NCBI GenBank assembly: GCA_964594755.1
Contig: CAZQMO010000002.1
Location: 9,889 to 73,888 of the forward strand
DNA from: an uncultured Candidatus Saccharibacteria bacterium
GTDB taxonomy: Bacteria; Patescibacteriota; Doudnabacteria; UBA920
Length of the DNA: 64,000 nucleotides
Reading direction: 5' to 3'
This document shows, piece after piece, positions 9,762-18,216 of the stretch. Position 1 is the stretch's first letter. The number at the start of each line of letters is the position of its first letter. The notes beneath the pieces are model-generated. The model saw only the letters and a program-made list of their open reading frames with translations. It ran no database searches and was not told the origin of the DNA. Made by a program: the position numbers and the translations under genes.

Positions 9762-11636
9762 TTAAGCGATTGCAGCGTCGGCTGCATCTGGAAATTCAGG
9801 TTCAGTCTTCTTTTGACTAGGAATAATGTCTGCCACAATGGCATCAAACTGATCTTTTTCTAAAGTTTCTTCGGTAATTAACCGTTCCGCAATCGTGTCT
9901 AAGTAGCTACGGTATTTTGTCATCACTTCGGTAGCACGAGCCTCGGCTTCTTGCATAATTCGACGAACCTCATTATCAATCTGTTGGGCTGTTGATTCAC
10001 TGTAATTGCGTTGTTCACCAATATCCCGACCTAAGAACACATTCTCATGACTCTCACCAAGCACTACTGGACCAACCGCATCGCTCATACCAAACTGTGT
10101 TACCAGTTTGCGAGCCCAAGCGGTCGCTTTTTTTAAGTCATTACTAGCACCTGTTGTTAATTCATTGAAAACTAACTTTTCAGCAGCATAACCACCAAGG
10201 GAAGTGGCAATTTGGTCAAGATAACTCTGTTTGGTATGAAGATGTCTATCTTCTGTCGGCAAAGATAAAGTATAACCGCCAGCCCGACCACGAGACAATA
10301 TCGTAACTTTATGAACTGGGTCTGCTTCCACCAAAACAGTACCTACTAAGGCATGACCACCTTCATGGTAAGCAGTAATCTTCTTCTCTTTTGCGGAAAG
10401 AATGTGACTCTTACGTGCTGGACCAAGCAATACTTTTTCGATGGCTTCTTTTAACTCATCAGTAGAGATTTCCTTTTTATTGAGACGAGCTGCAAGGATT
10501 GCACCTTCATTAATGACATTGGCTAAATCAGCACCAGACAAACCTGGAGTGCGTTCAGCAACGGTACGCAAATCTACACCTTTGGCCAATGGTTTGTTTT
10601 TTGCATGAACTTGCAAAATAGCTTCGCGATCATCGATGTCTGGAAGATCTAAAATGACTTGCCTATCAAAACGTCCCGGACGAAGCAAAGCTGGATCTAA
10701 CACATCAGGGCGGTTAGTGGCAGCGATCACGATTACGTTGGTCTCGGTTTCAAAACCATCCATCTCCACCAAAATTTGGTTAAGAGTTTGTTCGCGTTCA
10801 TCATGACCGCCCCCAAGACCTGCGCCGCGCTGGCGACCAACCGCATCAATTTCATCAATAAACACAATACAAGGAGCGTTGCGCTTAGCTTTCTTAAACA
10901 AATCGCGCACACGGCTAGCACCAACCCCTACAAACATTTCAACGAATTCAGAACCACTGATGTGAAAGAAAGGTACGTTCGCTTCTCCAGCTACGGCACG
11001 GGCGAGTAAGGTCTTACCAACACCCGGACTACCGAGCAACAATACGCCTTTAGGAATCTTCGCACCGAGGGCTAAAAACTTTTGTGGGAACTTTAAGAAT
11101 TCAACAATTTCTTGTAATTCTTCCTTGGCTTCCTTAGCTCCAGCAACATCAGCGAAACGAACTTTGTTCTTCATTTCATCGTTTAACTTTACGCTGCTTT
11201 GACCAAAAGTTAACGCGCGGTTATTTGAACCTTGCACTTGGCGCATCAAGAAATAAATAAATAACGCGATTAATAAGAAGGGAATTAAGAACGGCAGAAT
11301 TGTGCCAGCTAAAACTGTAGCAAAACTTGTGTTCTTGAATTCAACCTTAACTTTAGAAATCTGATCGCTGTTAACACCGCTATCAATAAAGTATTGTGGA
11401 ATCTCGGTGTTACCACCTACGGTAGCTTTCAGCTTAGTCTCACTGTCTTTAACTTCTGCTGTTAAACTTCCTGGTGCAACCAAAATGCTGGTAATCTTTT
11501 CTTCTTTAAGTAGAGTTGTAACTTCGGACAAAGGTACTTCACGAACATCATCTTCTTTAATAAAGGAGGCGATCAATACTGAAATAACCAAAAATCCGAT
11601 TAAAACCAAAATGATATTTTTGATAATTTTTCCCAT
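9762..11636 (-). CDS. ftsH: ATP-dependent zinc metalloprotease FtsH
   Basis: N-terminal TM segments, an AAA Walker A motif ([17 protein letters not shown]), the SRH region and the zinc site HEGGHALV. Confidence 0.95.
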   Translation of the reverse strand: MGKIIKNIILVLIGFLVISVLIASFIKEDDVREVPLSEVTTLLKEEKITSILVAPGSLTAEVKDSETKLKATVGGNTEIPQYFIDSGVNSDQISKVKVEFKNTSFATVLAGTILPFLIPFLLIALFIYFLMRQVQGSNNRALTFGQSSVKLNDEMKNKVRFADVAGAKEAKEELQEIVEFLKFPQKFLALGAKIPKGVLLLGSPGVGKTLLARAVAGEANVPFFHISGSEFVEMFVGVGASRVRDLFKKAKRNAPCIVFIDEIDAVGRQRGAGLGGGHDEREQTLNQILVEMDGFETETNVIVIAATNRPDVLDPALLRPGRFDRQVILDLPDIDDREAILQVHAKNKPLAKGVDLRTVAERTPGLSGADLANVINEGAILAARLNKKEISTDELKEAIEKVLLGPARKSHILSAKEKKITAYHEGGHALVGTVLVEADPVHKVTILSRGRAGGYTLSLPTEDRHLHTKQSYLDQIATSLGGYAAEKLVFNELTTGASNDLKKATAWARKLVTQFGMSDAVGPVVLGESHENVFLGRDIGEQRNYSESTAQQIDNEVRRIMQEAEARATEVMTKYRSYLDTIAERLITEETLEKDQFDAIVADIIPSQKKTEPEFPDAADAAIA

Positions 11637-11842
11637 AAAAATCTTTAATTACTTAGCTAATATAGCACAATTTCTATTCTTAACGTGAATTTACTCAGGA
11701 TAATAAATAGCCATTTAGCTACCCGTTTGTCCGGGAGCGCTCTCAACCGCCTTTCGCCAGCCTAACAGCTGGCTATGGCGGTCTGGCGCTAGCTTACTCC
11801 CTCCAAACAGGTAGCAGAATAGAAATTCAAATTTTATTAAAT

Positions 11843-11927
11843 TGGTGGGCAAGGAGGGACTCGAACCCTCAATCCATTCGGAACTAGTTCCTAAGACTAG
11901 CGCGTATACCAATTCCGCCACTTGCCC
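11843..11927 (-). tRNA. tRNA-Leu (anticodon TAG), type II with a long variable arm
   Basis: Acceptor GGGCAAG/CTTGCCC, anticodon loop CTTAGGA, T-loop GGTTCGAGTCC, and an encoded CCA. Confidence 0.85.
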
Positions 11928-11990
11928 AGAAAAATAAAAGTAACCACTACTGGTTACTTATTATAATGAAATTTTAAATAAATTTCAAAC

Positions 11991-12779
11991 CTAAGTTCCT
12001 GACCCTTGAACCAGGAAATTAGTAACAATTTGGACTATCAAGAAGGACAGAATAACAATACCTAAACCAATCAAAGCATTTACCAAAGTCTTGCGACCAC
12101 TCAAAGCCCGAGCATCATTTCCAGCAGCAGTCATATAGTAATAACCGCCAATGATAATGAAGATAACTGCGATAATTCCAGCCAAATACAGGAGAATAGA
12201 AATAATGGCGACTGCTAATTGTCCAAGCGATCCTGAGCCAGCAATCCCTTGGTTGCCAGAGAAAGGGTTGTTAGGAATACACAGCGGTCCTTTTTGAACA
12301 CATCCTATAGTCCCGGATGTCGGAGGTTGCTGGGTTGGAGGAGTTTGGGTTGGTGGTTGTTGTGTGGGCGGAGTTTGAGTCGGTGGAGTTTGTGTTGGGG
12401 GTGTCTGGGTTGGAGGAGTTTGTGTAGGTGGAGGAGTGGTTCCATTTTGAGCTGGGCGAATAGTCTGCGGTGTAGTTCCGTTCTCACAAGTAAAGGTGCT
12501 ACTGGTGCCGCCAGAAGCTATTGGAGCTGCAATGTTGAATGAACCAGCAGTACCCACAACGCACATCACTGAGAATGTGCCTTGAACCGAACGCAATGTT
12601 GCTCCGGGTTGGCAAAAACCAGATGCTGGTACAAAATACACAGCGCCAGTTAAGTCATCCTGACAAACTGGCGTAGTTGTGCGACTACTACCTAACTGAG
12701 CATACACAGTACTCTTCACGTCTGCTGCCAAACTCAATGCAAGGGCCGCCAGGACTAAAAATAAGAATAATCGCTTCAT
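11991..12779 (-). CDS. Secreted/membrane protein with a Cys-containing ectodomain, a (PTQTP)n linker and a C-terminal TrbC/VirB2-like (T4SS-pilin-like) two-helix domain; paralog 1 of 7
   Basis: Signal peptide (LVLAALALSLAADV), a PTQTPPTQ linker, and the C-terminal motif IIGGYYYMTAAGNDARALSGRKTLVNALIGLGIVILSFLIV. Confidence 0.6.
   Translation of the reverse strand: MKRLFLFLVLAALALSLAADVKSTVYAQLGSSRTTTPVCQDDLTGAVYFVPASGFCQPGATLRSVQGTFSVMCVVGTAGSFNIAAPIASGGTSSTFTCENGTTPQTIRPAQNGTTPPPTQTPPTQTPPTQTPPTQTPPTQQPPTQTPPTQQPPTSGTIGCVQKGPLCIPNNPFSGNQGIAGSGSLGQLAVAIISILLYLAGIIAVIFIIIGGYYYMTAAGNDARALSGRKTLVNALIGLGIVILSFLIVQIVTNFLVQGSGT
12300..12430. repeat. Imperfect tandem repeat of about 15 bp that encodes the PTQTPP linker
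   Basis: ggtggagtttgggtt-like units are repeated about 8 times inside the 11991..12779 CDS. Confidence 0.7.
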
Positions 12780-12781
12780 AA

Positions 12782-13249
12782 TTAAGTGACAATAAACCTA
12801 TAAACAACTTGGACGATCATATATGAGAATACCACTATGACCAAGCCTATCAAGGCATTCACTAAAGTTTTCCGACCACTAGCAGCACGGGTATCATTAC
12901 CAGCAGCTGTTATATAATAATAACCACCTATAATAATAAAGATGATTGCAATAATCCCTGCGAGATACAATGCCCATTCTAGAACAGTCTTAACCAAAGA
13001 CTTCAAATCCTGCACTCCATCACCCTGTGCTCTTCCAGAAGGGTAAGCACCTTTAATATCTTCTAATCCACTCTGGATGCTATCTCCTCCAGAAGTTGGA
13101 GACTGAGCGGCCACAGATAAAGGCACAACCAAACTCATTGCTGCTATAGCAACCGCAACTAAAGATTTCGATAGAAGTTTATTCATATGGTCTTTAAGAT
13201 AATTCCGGAGAGAAAATAATAAAATTTTACCCCCGGAATTATCCCGCAT
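12782..13249 (-). CDS. TrbC/VirB2-like pilin-family protein; paralog 2 of 7
   Basis: Signal peptide, then the C-terminal motif IIGGYYYITAAGNDTRAASGRKTLVNALIGLVIVVFS. Confidence 0.6.
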   Translation of the reverse strand: MRDNSGGKILLFSLRNYLKDHMNKLLSKSLVAVAIAAMSLVVPLSVAAQSPTSGGDSIQSGLEDIKGAYPSGRAQGDGVQDLKSLVKTVLEWALYLAGIIAIIFIIIGGYYYITAAGNDTRAASGRKTLVNALIGLVIVVFSYMIVQVVYRFIVT

Positions 13250-13268
13250 CGATTAATGCGGGATAGAA

Positions 13269-13700
13269 CTAGCTTCCAAAAATACCACCACTGCCGCCGC
13301 CAGCCACAAAGTTGTAAACAATTTGTACAACTATGAATGACAACACAATAATGACGATACCTATCAAAGCGTTGAAGATCGCGGTACGACCTGCTTTAGC
13401 AGATTCCTCGTTACCGCCAGCAAGAATGTAGCGGAAACCACCATAGATCAAGAAGATAACCGCCAAGATGAAAGCAATACCTAATGCCCATTCTGCAACC
13501 GTTTTAAATAGGTCAGCAATATTGGTTTCACCACAACGAAAACCTTCTGGACACTCTATTTCATCCACTTGTTGTGGCTGAGCACCAACATAATTAGGAA
13601 CTACAACAACTAACGGCATCAAGGCAACCCCTAAAGCGGCTACTGCCAAAGCAATTGTTTTCCAAGAGAGTGTTAATGTTTGTTTCAAAATTCTCACCAC
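13269..13700 (-). CDS. TrbC/VirB2-like pilin-family protein; paralog 3 of 7
   Basis: C-terminal motif IYGGFRYILAGGNEESAKAGRTAIFNALIGIVIIVLSF. Confidence 0.55.
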   Translation of the reverse strand: MVRILKQTLTLSWKTIALAVAALGVALMPLVVVVPNYVGAQPQQVDEIECPEGFRCGETNIADLFKTVAEWALGIAFILAVIFLIYGGFRYILAGGNEESAKAGRTAIFNALIGIVIIVLSFIVVQIVYNFVAGGGSGGIFGS

Positions 13701-13807
13701 CTTTCTGCTTGCGCTGGAAAGCGCTGTCGCAAATGTGCGAGTTAGTTTAGAAAATCCACAAAATGTGGGAGATTCAATAAATTAATTATACTACACAAAC
13801 CGTAATT

Positions 13808-14254
13808 CTAGAAAACTTTGTTGTCAACAATAAGATTGATCACTGCACCTACGATCAAGGTAGCTAAGACTGCCACAACTATCCCAACTATCGTCCAGAT
13901 CAGTGTAAACTTCGCTTTTTTGAGTTGAGCTTCGTTATCGCGAGCGGTCATATACAGGTAGCCAGCATAGATTAGTGAAATCACTGCGACAATACCAATG
14001 ATGTAATACATAAAGCCAACAATTTTCGAATAAATGCTGACTGGGTCGCAATAGGCTGGCAACGCGGCTGCACTACCGCCACCATTACTGTTTATCAAAG
14101 CCCTAAGCCTTTCGCACTCTGCAGACTGGCTAGAGGTCTGCGCGCCTGCTGGCATAGGCACAGACAACAAACTGGAAAATAATAATGTGGCAAACAAAAA
14201 TTTTAAAGTGAAATTTTTCATATTAACTAATAATGGACTGAATAATTGCGACAA
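13808..14254 (-). CDS. TrbC/VirB2-like pilin-family protein; paralog 4 of 7
   Basis: C-terminal motif IYAGYLYMTARDNEAQLKKAKFTLIWTIVGIVVAVLATLIV. Confidence 0.55.
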   Translation of the reverse strand: MSQLFSPLLVNMKNFTLKFLFATLLFSSLLSVPMPAGAQTSSQSAECERLRALINSNGGGSAAALPAYCDPVSIYSKIVGFMYYIIGIVAVISLIYAGYLYMTARDNEAQLKKAKFTLIWTIVGIVVAVLATLIVGAVINLIVDNKVF

Positions 14255-15020
14255 TAGTAAGCGATAACAAGGTTACAATCAAACCAGCCACGGCATAGAT
14301 CAGAGTTTTCTTCCCTTGCTTCACCCGATCTTCATTCCCTGCTGACGTCACCATCATAAAACCACCAAGGATAATAAAGAGAACGGCTATGCTGGCTGCC
14401 AAAAACAAAAGGATGTTGATTATTCTTACTACGATGGCCTCGGGGCGAGTTACATCATCAAATAACGGATTAAAGAGTAGTGCCAAAGGGTTGTCAAAGT
14501 CAGTTTTATTCACATAACCAACACTCGCGGTTGAAGTAGAGGTTTTGTCAGTTGGTGGTGCAATGATTGGGGGTGTCTGTCCAGTTGGCTGACTACCTGT
14601 CCTTCCAGTAGTTCCATAATTGATTGTCACTACATCTTCAAATGCTATGCTCCTAAAATCATCAAAGGTTGTCTGTAGTTTCACTGTGTTCACACCTTGC
14701 TTCAGAACTGTTGAAGAAAAAGAAGTTCGATGTTCAATGTTACCAAACGAACTAGTCAAAGAAAAATTATCTGATTGGTTATTCCAAGAAAACAACATTC
14801 GAGCACTATTTCCACAAATAGTACTGGATCCAGGGGAAAACCTCGCAAACATTTCGATGGCCGCTGAAGAATATTTTATATTTAAAGTTTTACTACCGGA
14901 TGGAGCAGTCGGATGATACCCAAAAAAGGTTGGGGTACAGTTATTTGGAATAATTTGAGCTGTGGCAAAGTTTGGAACAAACAGGACCACTAGTACAAAA
15001 GCTAGTGTGTAGTTCTTCAT
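14223..15020 (-). CDS. TrbC/VirB2-like pilin-family protein with a larger ectodomain; paralog 5 of 7
   Basis: Signal peptide, then the C-terminal motif ILGGFMMVTSAGNEDRVKQGKKTLIYAVAGLIVTLLSL. Confidence 0.55.
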   Translation of the reverse strand: MKNYTLAFVLVVLFVPNFATAQIIPNNCTPTFFGYHPTAPSGSKTLNIKYSSAAIEMFARFSPGSSTICGNSARMLFSWNNQSDNFSLTSSFGNIEHRTSFSSTVLKQGVNTVKLQTTFDDFRSIAFEDVVTINYGTTGRTGSQPTGQTPPIIAPPTDKTSTSTASVGYVNKTDFDNPLALLFNPLFDDVTRPEAIVVRIINILLFLAASIAVLFIILGGFMMVTSAGNEDRVKQGKKTLIYAVAGLIVTLLSLTIVAIIQSIIS

Positions 15021-15421
15021 CCTAATACTCCGAAGACAATATTAACCAAGGCAAAAGCTCCTATCGAAACCACCAAACCAATGATTGCCCAGATTAATGT
15101 ATTCTTTGCTTGGGTGACACGTTTTTCGTTACCTGCATTAAAGACAAACATAACCCCAGCATACACAATCATAATAGTCGCTACCAGTGCAATTATTCCT
15201 AACAACCATAAAATTAATTTACCAATTACATCAGCAATATCATTTTTACCCGTGTTGTTTGTGATGGAAATTTTTCCATCCCAATCAAACTGGGTAGTTG
15301 GAGATGCTGTAGCTGTTGCTGTTGGAGATGGTTGTAGTTGTGCAGAAACTAAATGTGGGGCTATAACCGAACCAACAAACAATAAAGTCAGTATTTTTAT
15401 TTTAAATAGAGATTTTTTCAC
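15017..15421 (-). CDS. TrbC/VirB2-like pilin-family protein; paralog 6 of 7
   Basis: C-terminal motif VYAGVMFVFNAGNEKRVTQAKNTLIWAIIGLVVSIGAFALV. Confidence 0.55.
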   Translation of the reverse strand: MKKSLFKIKILTLLFVGSVIAPHLVSAQLQPSPTATATASPTTQFDWDGKISITNNTGKNDIADVIGKLILWLLGIIALVATIMIVYAGVMFVFNAGNEKRVTQAKNTLIWAIIGLVVSIGAFALVNIVFGVLG

Positions 15422-15423
15422 TT

Positions 15424-15966
15424 TTATTTGCCGTTATTAGTGGTATTTTCAATATAAGCTCTTGGATTGGTAAGAATGAGTCCGCCGTTTTTAAGGCCAA
15501 GGCTTAACGAACCAGCAATCAATGAATTTACTAGCACGAAAGCTAAACCGACTAAAGCCAGGCCAATGATAGCTCCGATTAATCTTTTCTTTGCCGCTGT
15601 GTACCACTCTTCCCCGCGAGACATAGTCATCTGAACACCGGCAATAACAATGAACAATAAGGCAACCAACCCAGCAACAGAAATTAAATAATTAATAATC
15701 ATGACCAGCACAATGAAGAGGTGGTCAATGGTGCAAGGTTCGCTAACTCTGTCACCACAGATTACAAATCCGCCTTGGCCTTGATTGTCTCTTACCTCTT
15801 GAGTGGTTGCCGGTGGCTTTAGAGTGGAAGACGGTTGAGCTTGGGCCAACACCTCTAAGGAATAAGTAGAAGATGCAACAAAACCACCGATCAAGATTAC
15901 TACAGCAGCAATTCCCAATAATAAGGGAGTAAATTTAGTTTTAAGGTTTTTACCGAAAATATCCAT
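15424..15966 (-). CDS. TrbC/VirB2-like pilin-family protein; paralog 7 of 7
   Basis: C-terminal motif VIAGVQMTMSRGEEWYTAAKKRLIGAIIGLALVGLAFVLV. Confidence 0.5.
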   Translation of the reverse strand: MDIFGKNLKTKFTPLLLGIAAVVILIGGFVASSTYSLEVLAQAQPSSTLKPPATTQEVRDNQGQGGFVICGDRVSEPCTIDHLFIVLVMIINYLISVAGLVALLFIVIAGVQMTMSRGEEWYTAAKKRLIGAIIGLALVGLAFVLVNSLIAGSLSLGLKNGGLILTNPRAYIENTTNNGK

Positions 15967-15967
15967 T

Positions 15968-17281
15968 TTAGAAAATTTGCTGTCTTACAATTGCGCCAGC
16001 CTGAGTCTGTGCTCTAGATAAAGCTTGTTGAACAGTTTGTCCGCCTCGCAATATGCCATTTACTACTTCAGTGAATAAATTATCATACTTCGCTTCGTCA
16101 TACTTAGGGAAAGATTTTGCAGTTAGGTTCGCATGAGCGAACACACCAATTTCCAAATCAGAAGTTTGTAACGAAATTAAATCACGACGACTGGATGGTT
16201 GTTTGTCTTTTGCATAGTAAGCATCTAGAGCTTGTTTACTAGTAGCAAACTTCAAGAAATCCCAAGCTGCTGCTTGTTCTGCCTTTGAAGACTGCTTACT
16301 CACAACTTCGGCAAAGTAGTTTGCATAATTCACACTTGGTCGACTTAGATCGTATTGTGGCACATTAGCTACATCGTAATTCAAGTTGGGGGCTTTAGCA
16401 TTAATCTGTGCGCGGGTGTAGCTATAGCCATAAAGATAAGCTGCTCGGCCATTGGCAAACGCATCAACAGAATAGTCGCTATTAGCGTTCCAGTTATAAT
16501 TTTCTTTAATCGGGTTAGCAAACGAGGTATAAAAATCTACACCAAGCACACCTGGATTAACACTCTGCCCATTTACTTGAACACTATTGGCAAATTGAGG
16601 ACTTCTGCCATCTGGGCTCCATGGGACTGCTCCAGCTTGAAGCATTAGTAGGTACATAATATCTTGGGCGCGATTAACATTGGAAACATCCCCCATAGCC
16701 ACACCGCTGCGTGTAAAATATCCTGATGAATCCTGGGTAGTAATCCTGCGAACATCACGAGCTAATTGATCCCAAGTTTTTGGTGGGGTCGCGATACCTG
16801 CCGTACCCATTATGTCCTTGTTATAATAGAGCGCCAAAGAATCTACCCACATTGCGGTACCATAAATTTTATTGTCACGAATTAAATCGTTTGAGACAAC
16901 ATCCACAAATTGTTCACGATAATCGCGGATAGTGTAGAGGGATTCTGGGGCTTCAGTAATTTTATCTAGGTATTGAGGAAGCCAGGTATTATTGATCGAA
17001 AAGATATCTGGACCACTACCTGCTGCTAACGCATTTAACAAATCACTTTCGTAATTTTCTATATTCTTTTTGGTGTACTCGATTGTGACATTAGGGTTAA
17101 CCTTCTTGTAAGCAGAAATAATGACATTCATCTTGTCGCTATCAACAAAAGGTTTCCACATTTCAATAGTCACTTTTTCTTTAGGGGGTTCCGGATTACA
17201 CGCCGCTCCAGTCATACTCAGAGCTAAAATTACAAATCCTAAAGTAATTTTTCGAAACATTGTTTTTTTATTTTTTGACAT
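15968..17281 (-). CDS. ABC transporter substrate-binding protein (family-1 extracellular solute-binding protein, sugar type); probable lipoprotein
   Basis: Signal peptide with a Cys (…SMTGAACNPEP). Its length and composition are typical of a carbohydrate substrate-binding protein. No permease or ATPase gene is adjacent. Confidence 0.65.
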   Translation of the reverse strand: MSKNKKTMFRKITLGFVILALSMTGAACNPEPPKEKVTIEMWKPFVDSDKMNVIISAYKKVNPNVTIEYTKKNIENYESDLLNALAAGSGPDIFSINNTWLPQYLDKITEAPESLYTIRDYREQFVDVVSNDLIRDNKIYGTAMWVDSLALYYNKDIMGTAGIATPPKTWDQLARDVRRITTQDSSGYFTRSGVAMGDVSNVNRAQDIMYLLMLQAGAVPWSPDGRSPQFANSVQVNGQSVNPGVLGVDFYTSFANPIKENYNWNANSDYSVDAFANGRAAYLYGYSYTRAQINAKAPNLNYDVANVPQYDLSRPSVNYANYFAEVVSKQSSKAEQAAAWDFLKFATSKQALDAYYAKDKQPSSRRDLISLQTSDLEIGVFAHANLTAKSFPKYDEAKYDNLFTEVVNGILRGGQTVQQALSRAQTQAGAIVRQQIF

Positions 17282-17291
17282 TTTTATATCT

Positions 17292-18188
17292 TTAAACTTT
17301 TAAATCTTTTAGGTACGATGCGAATTCATCGTGTAAATCATCATGTTTTAAGCCAAATTCTACTACTGCTTTTAAATATTCTAGCTTATTACCACAATCG
17401 TAGTACTTACCATTGTTGATTTCTACAGCAAAGCAGTCTTTATTCTGCTCTAAGAGAATATTAATAGCGTCCACATATACCAATTCCCCGGGGGTATTTT
17501 TTTGTTCGTGACGCTTCATCGCTTCTTCAAGTGCCGGGAAGAAATCTGGTGAGAGTAATAACCCAGAAACTACTGCGCAGTGCTCAGTCAGAAGTGGTTG
17601 CCCAGGTTTCTCAATCAGCTGTTCAATTTTTAGAGCTCCTTCACCTACGTTAGAACCTGATGCGTAACCGTAACGCTTGTAATCTTCGTCTGCAGTCGCA
17701 CTAATCCCTGCTAATATCGCACTACCACCTAACTGTTCATAACGCTCTACTAATTGTTGACTACGAGTTGGGCTTGCTTCAAAAACATCATCACCCCAAA
17801 GAACTAAAAACGGTTCACCACCAATAATCTGTCGAGCATTCCAAATCGGAGTCGCATTGCCAAGTGGACCTTTTTGGCGCACATAATAAAAATTGGCCAA
17901 GTTAGCAATTTTACGAATTTCCTCTAAAAGTTCATATTTTTGGGCTTCTTCCAAGCGCTTTTCTAATTCAAAGGGATAATCAAAGTGGTCTTCGATGTTA
18001 CGCTTATGCCAACCGGTAACTAAGATTATGTCTTCGATTCCTGCGGAAACGGCATCCTCAACCACATATTGAATGATTGGCTTATCAACCAAAGGAAGCA
18101 TCTCCTTGGGTTGGGCTTTTGTAGCAGGAAGGAATCTTGTCCCAAAACCTGCGACAGGAATAACCGCTTTACGAACTTTCTTGCTCAT
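17292..18188 (-). CDS. galU: UTP--glucose-1-phosphate uridylyltransferase
   Basis: N-terminal motif VIPVAGFGTRFLPATKAQPKEMLPLVDKPIIQYVVEDA. Confidence 0.9.
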   Translation of the reverse strand: MSKKVRKAVIPVAGFGTRFLPATKAQPKEMLPLVDKPIIQYVVEDAVSAGIEDIILVTGWHKRNIEDHFDYPFELEKRLEEAQKYELLEEIRKIANLANFYYVRQKGPLGNATPIWNARQIIGGEPFLVLWGDDVFEASPTRSQQLVERYEQLGGSAILAGISATADEDYKRYGYASGSNVGEGALKIEQLIEKPGQPLLTEHCAVVSGLLLSPDFFPALEEAMKRHEQKNTPGELVYVDAINILLEQNKDCFAVEINNGKYYDCGNKLEYLKAVVEFGLKHDDLHDEFASYLKDLKV

Positions 18189-18216
18189 ATAGCGGTATTA
18201 TATCACATTTATTACA

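Noticed and set aside
9385-11009. Antisense or embedded ORFs 9385..9759 (+), 10733..10924 (-) and 10776..11009 (+)
   Set aside because: They are embedded in, or antisense to, the well-supported membrane-protein and ftsH genes. They have no ribosome-binding site.
11715-11921. Track ORF on the minus strand (68 aa)
   Set aside because: It overlaps tRNA-Leu(TAG) and the structured leader.
12249-12542. Track ORFs antisense to the PTQTP-repeat region (12249..12542 + and 12305..12487 -)
   Set aside because: They are artefacts of the repetitive GC-rich tandem repeat, which is open in multiple frames.
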